Shown: positions 61,316 to 64,000 of the stretch, piece after piece
How the letters are laid out: each line of letters begins with the position of its first letter
Position numbering within the stretch: the stretch's first letter is position 1
Source of the DNA: Minisyncoccia bacterium
Lineage (GTDB): Bacteria; Patescibacteriota; Minisyncoccia; Phycocordibacterales; UBA918
Length of the DNA stretch: 64,000 bases
Assembly (NCBI GenBank): GCA_964229335.1
Contig: CAXRCZ010000001.1
Location: forward strand, 742 to 64,741
Direction of reading: 5' to 3'
Notes under the pieces: model-generated
What the model was told of the DNA's origin: nothing
Seen by the model: the letters and a program-made list of their open reading frames with translations, nothing else
The model's database searches: none
Translations under genes and position numbers: made by a program

Positions 61316-63427
61316 TCATTTCCTTAAGCTTTCAATGTGACCAGATAATTTTTCAATGATATCTCGGAAAGCTTCATTTGCCTCACTCTGGGTAATAGTT
61401 TCGTTTAATAAATCAATACGAATTTGTAGTAGTTCAGTGTAAGTCTGAAGCAATATCTCTTGCCATGACATAGTTGTGATACCAGCCACTTGTGCTGCTG
61501 GTCGACTGTTGCGACTAGTACGAGTAGATGATCCGCCACTGCTGCTGGCTTCAGGCTCTTCGGTCTCCGGTGCTGGGTCGGGTACGCTCGGCGCAACACC
61601 AATGGTGTAGAGCGAGAAGTGGGCAGTAGTAAAGGTCACTTCGTTGTTTTCCATGTCTACCAATGAGCTCACGTATTCCCACAAGCCATTAACCTCATTG
61701 AAATAATAGACTCCGAGATTATTTTCGGTAATTCCCAGTTCAGCCAGTTCCGCTTCGCTGTATCCCAGCGATACATCAACCGAGAAGGTGTCGTTATCAA
61801 GACTGGTGCCAAAGTCCCAGAAGTGTGGCAATAGTGTCAGCTCACCGTAGTTGCTACCGAAGTCAATAATTTCTTGGTACCACTGCGATGACAGCTCGGT
61901 GCCAGCTTCTAGCGTCTCATCAAATACCAGTTTCACTTTTTGTTTGGAGAGATTGAATACCTGTTGCGGAGTTGAGAGGGTGGTCTTGGCGGTTTGGTCG
62001 ATGCCAGCCCACTCAATTGGGTTGTGGAAGCGAACTGTTCCGCTAACGTCTGAGTAGTATGGTCCCTGAGTCCCGGCGCTGCCATCAATGATTTCACCAT
62101 CTGCACCAAATAGGCCTTCATATGTAGTAAACCAAGTGTCAACTTCGGTTTGCAGCAATATTCTTTGCTGCCAGCTATCATTCGTATACATCCTCCCAGT
62201 GTCACTGGTTTCATCGTAAATTTTAATTAAGGGATTTATAACAGAATGATTTCCGACAACAGAATAATTGGCATGTGACCCCAGAGCTACATAAGCTGAT
62301 ACTTGGTCTCCATCGGCAGTAACTTTGCTCCATTCCCGACGCACCGAATCATACTGCTTAAAATCTAGACTCGGGTCGCCATCATTATGGTGGGCACTAA
62401 AGGCGACGTACTCTGGTTCTTTGCTATCTTTATCTAAAAATACAAACACTGATTCCCAATCCCCTTCATGATTGTTGTAGCCACCTTGCTCACCCCAATT
62501 GTTCATGGCGTAGAAGTACCAATACTGCAGCACGAAAAACTCATGTTCAGTACCAAAGTCGTCGGTGTATGAATCTTCGGTTTCGTAGGCATAGTAGGTC
62601 GCTTCGGCATCGCCGCTAGCAACTAGTGCGTCATAGCGATTTTTAGCCTCAGCTAAGTCAAACGTGCCAGTGTCGTCACTACTAAACTGTATTGCCATCT
62701 CCTCGGTGTTATCTGGCAATGCTAGTGAATCCAAGTTGAGGCCATTATTATCGCCACGGGTAACGACGCCGATGCTGCCATTCCACAGACCACTCCCCTC
62801 CACAAAGGCGTCAAGATTCATTGGGAAATAATCTTCATCTTCATGAAAATACAAGATAGGTTCAAATTGTAATAATAAGTCTGACAGAGGTTCAGGTGTT
62901 TCTTCTACACTGTCTTCAACTACCGTAAAGTTTATTAGCGCAAAACCGCTATTGGTAAAATCAAATCCCCCTGGGAGGTCTAGCTCGGGAGTCTCGACTA
63001 TGATTTCGTCACCTGGCCCTGTCGGGGGTATAAAAACACCTATTATATAATCTCCTGGTTCATAAATTTCCTGAAAGTGATCTGCGTCATCAAAGTAGAC
63101 GTTTCCTTCGCGTCGCAATATATCCGTGATTTCTTGTGAAGCTTCACTAGGATCTACAGATACAGATTCCGAGAAATCGATTTCTACCGTATCACCGTCT
63201 TCAACTACCTGACCATTTATTAAAATTGTTGCTGTGAGTGACGGTGCAGGAATCATCTGTAACGGGTTGTCACAACTGGTGGGTATTTCAAATAACTTCA
63301 CCTCATTTTGAAATGCTGCTCTGAAGCATGTCTCTTGAGCTGTAGCGGTAGGAATTAATAATACAGATGATATGACACACCCAGCAATGATAAATGGAAT
63401 GACACGAGATAACGTAGAAATGTACAT
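61316..63427 (-). CDS. large secreted protein with a Vps62-like domain
   Basis: 703 aa with a signal-like N-terminus. FEPILYFHEDEDYFPMN and NHEGDWESVFVFL resemble the signature segments of Vps62/DUF946-type domains. A Ser/Pro linker and a helical C-terminus follow. Confidence 0.55.
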   Translation of the reverse strand: MYISTLSRVIPFIIAGCVISSVLLIPTATAQETCFRAAFQNEVKLFEIPTSCDNPLQMIPAPSLTATILINGQVVEDGDTVEIDFSESVSVDPSEASQEITDILRREGNVYFDDADHFQEIYEPGDYIIGVFIPPTGPGDEIIVETPELDLPGGFDFTNSGFALINFTVVEDSVEETPEPLSDLLLQFEPILYFHEDEDYFPMNLDAFVEGSGLWNGSIGVVTRGDNNGLNLDSLALPDNTEEMAIQFSSDDTGTFDLAEAKNRYDALVASGDAEATYYAYETEDSYTDDFGTEHEFFVLQYWYFYAMNNWGEQGGYNNHEGDWESVFVFLDKDSKEPEYVAFSAHHNDGDPSLDFKQYDSVRREWSKVTADGDQVSAYVALGSHANYSVVGNHSVINPLIKIYDETSDTGRMYTNDSWQQRILLQTEVDTWFTTYEGLFGADGEIIDGSAGTQGPYYSDVSGTVRFHNPIEWAGIDQTAKTTLSTPQQVFNLSKQKVKLVFDETLEAGTELSSQWYQEIIDFGSNYGELTLLPHFWDFGTSLDNDTFSVDVSLGYSEAELAELGITENNLGVYYFNEVNGLWEYVSSLVDMENNEVTFTTAHFSLYTIGVAPSVPDPAPETEEPEASSSGGSSTRTSRNSRPAAQVAGITTMSWQEILLQTYTELLQIRIDLLNETITQSEANEAFRDIIEKLSGHIESLRK

Positions 63428-63532
63428 ATATAGGTAGAGCTGGATTAGTTCACAATATAATAACTATACAGTACGACTATAATACAATTAGTCAATTCAT
63501 CGTCTGGTATTTAAGTCGCTGATTCTAAAAAC

Positions 63533-63555
63533 AAAACGCCCCGAGCGGGGCGTTT
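63533..63555 (-). terminator. intrinsic terminator
   Basis: The minus strand reads AAACGCCCCG-CTC-GGGGCGTTTT followed by a T-rich run. Confidence 0.7.
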
Positions 63556-63575
63556 GTAATCAGTGTGTTCGCTAC

Positions 63576-63869
63576 TTAGTTGCGAACGTCAGCAGCAGCT
63601 TCATCTGCTTCGTCAGAACCTTCTTCTAGTTCGTCAGCTCCTTCATCTAGAGCATCAGCACTACCTTCAAGGCCATCAGCCGCAGCATCGCGAGCTTCCA
63701 TTTCAGCTTCCATAGCAGCTTCTTCAGCTTCCTGCATTGCTTCTTCTACTTCGTCAGCAACGATTGCTTCCAAGTCTTCACCAGATCGGTTAAATGCGGT
63801 CCAGGCTAGAATTAAAGCTAGAATTGCTACAATCAGCGCTAGCCACGCTACCATACTTGTTTTTTGCAT
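63576..63869 (-). CDS. small membrane-anchored protein with an Ala/Glu/Asp-rich helical tail
   Basis: 97 aa. An N-terminal TM segment (WLALIVAILALILAW) is followed by a repetitive EEA/EAE/DEA sequence. Confidence 0.5.
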   Translation of the reverse strand: MQKTSMVAWLALIVAILALILAWTAFNRSGEDLEAIVADEVEEAMQEAEEAAMEAEMEARDAAADGLEGSADALDEGADELEEGSDEADEAAADVRN

Positions 63870-64000
63870 AGGGTTAAATTACGTTACTTGGTAATAATTC
63901 AAATATAGCACCATATTAAGAATGCGTAAACAAAAAGTGTCGTATTTGTACAATTTGTCAAATTTTATCAAAAACCGGGGTTTTCTTTCAGAAACTCCAG

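Noticed and set aside
1-64000. Looked for CRISPR arrays, rRNA genes, tmRNA, RNase P RNA, SRP RNA, transposases and phage genes.
   Set aside because: I saw no regularly spaced direct-repeat arrays, no rRNA-like conserved blocks, and no hallmark motifs (for example GAGGAAAGUCC for RNase P RNA). I saw no transposase or phage structural protein signatures. Absence is by eye only and should be confirmed with Infernal/Rfam and ISfinder-type searches.

Overview
This window covers the chromosomal replication-origin neighbourhood of a small, gene-dense, moderately AT-rich bacterial genome that uses the standard genetic code. The gene content points to Patescibacteria/CPR, which is an inference only: compact housekeeping genes, PilM/N/O plus an unlinked PilB, a minimal VirB2/3/4/6-type operon, and many membrane-anchored orphan proteins with acidic tails.

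Recognisable genes:
- Origin block: rpmH-rnpA-yidC, divergent from dnaA-dnaN-DUF721.
- DNA replication and repair: polA, ruvA, ruvB, ruvC, ruvX, yebC, pcrA/uvrD, an XerC/D-type recombinase and comM.
- Translation and RNA modification: tyrS, tsaE, rsmA, a TrmH-like methyltransferase, rpsT, rpsO, and four tRNAs (Arg-TCT, Arg-GCG, Ser-TGA, Lys-TTT).
- Cell wall: a class A PBP, a MurE-like ligase, and a LysM/M23 peptidase.

I saw no rRNA, CRISPR array, transposase or phage genes.

Most notable observations:
1. A tightly packed 12-kb, 11-gene T4SS-like operon (34841-46930) next to the origin. Only pilin, VirB3-, VirB4- and VirB6-like parts are recognisable, and it has no relaxase, coupling protein or VirB11.
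2. A family of G+C-rich, hairpin-rich intergenic elements. Two copies trail the two tRNA-Arg genes in the same relative orientation, with hairpins conserved in position but not in sequence.
3. Partial tRNA duplications at tRNA-Ser (5' end) and tRNA-Lys (44-bp 3' half). The intact tRNA-Lys sits inside a perfect 19-bp leader/trailer helix.
4. Two visibly G+C-richer islets encoding secreted proteins: an M15+SleB cell-wall hydrolase, and a small protein between dnaA and rpmH.
5. A membrane-anchored Clp/Hsp100-type ATPase with a degenerate first AAA+ module.

All calls come from reading the sequence and translations by eye. No searches or computations were run.
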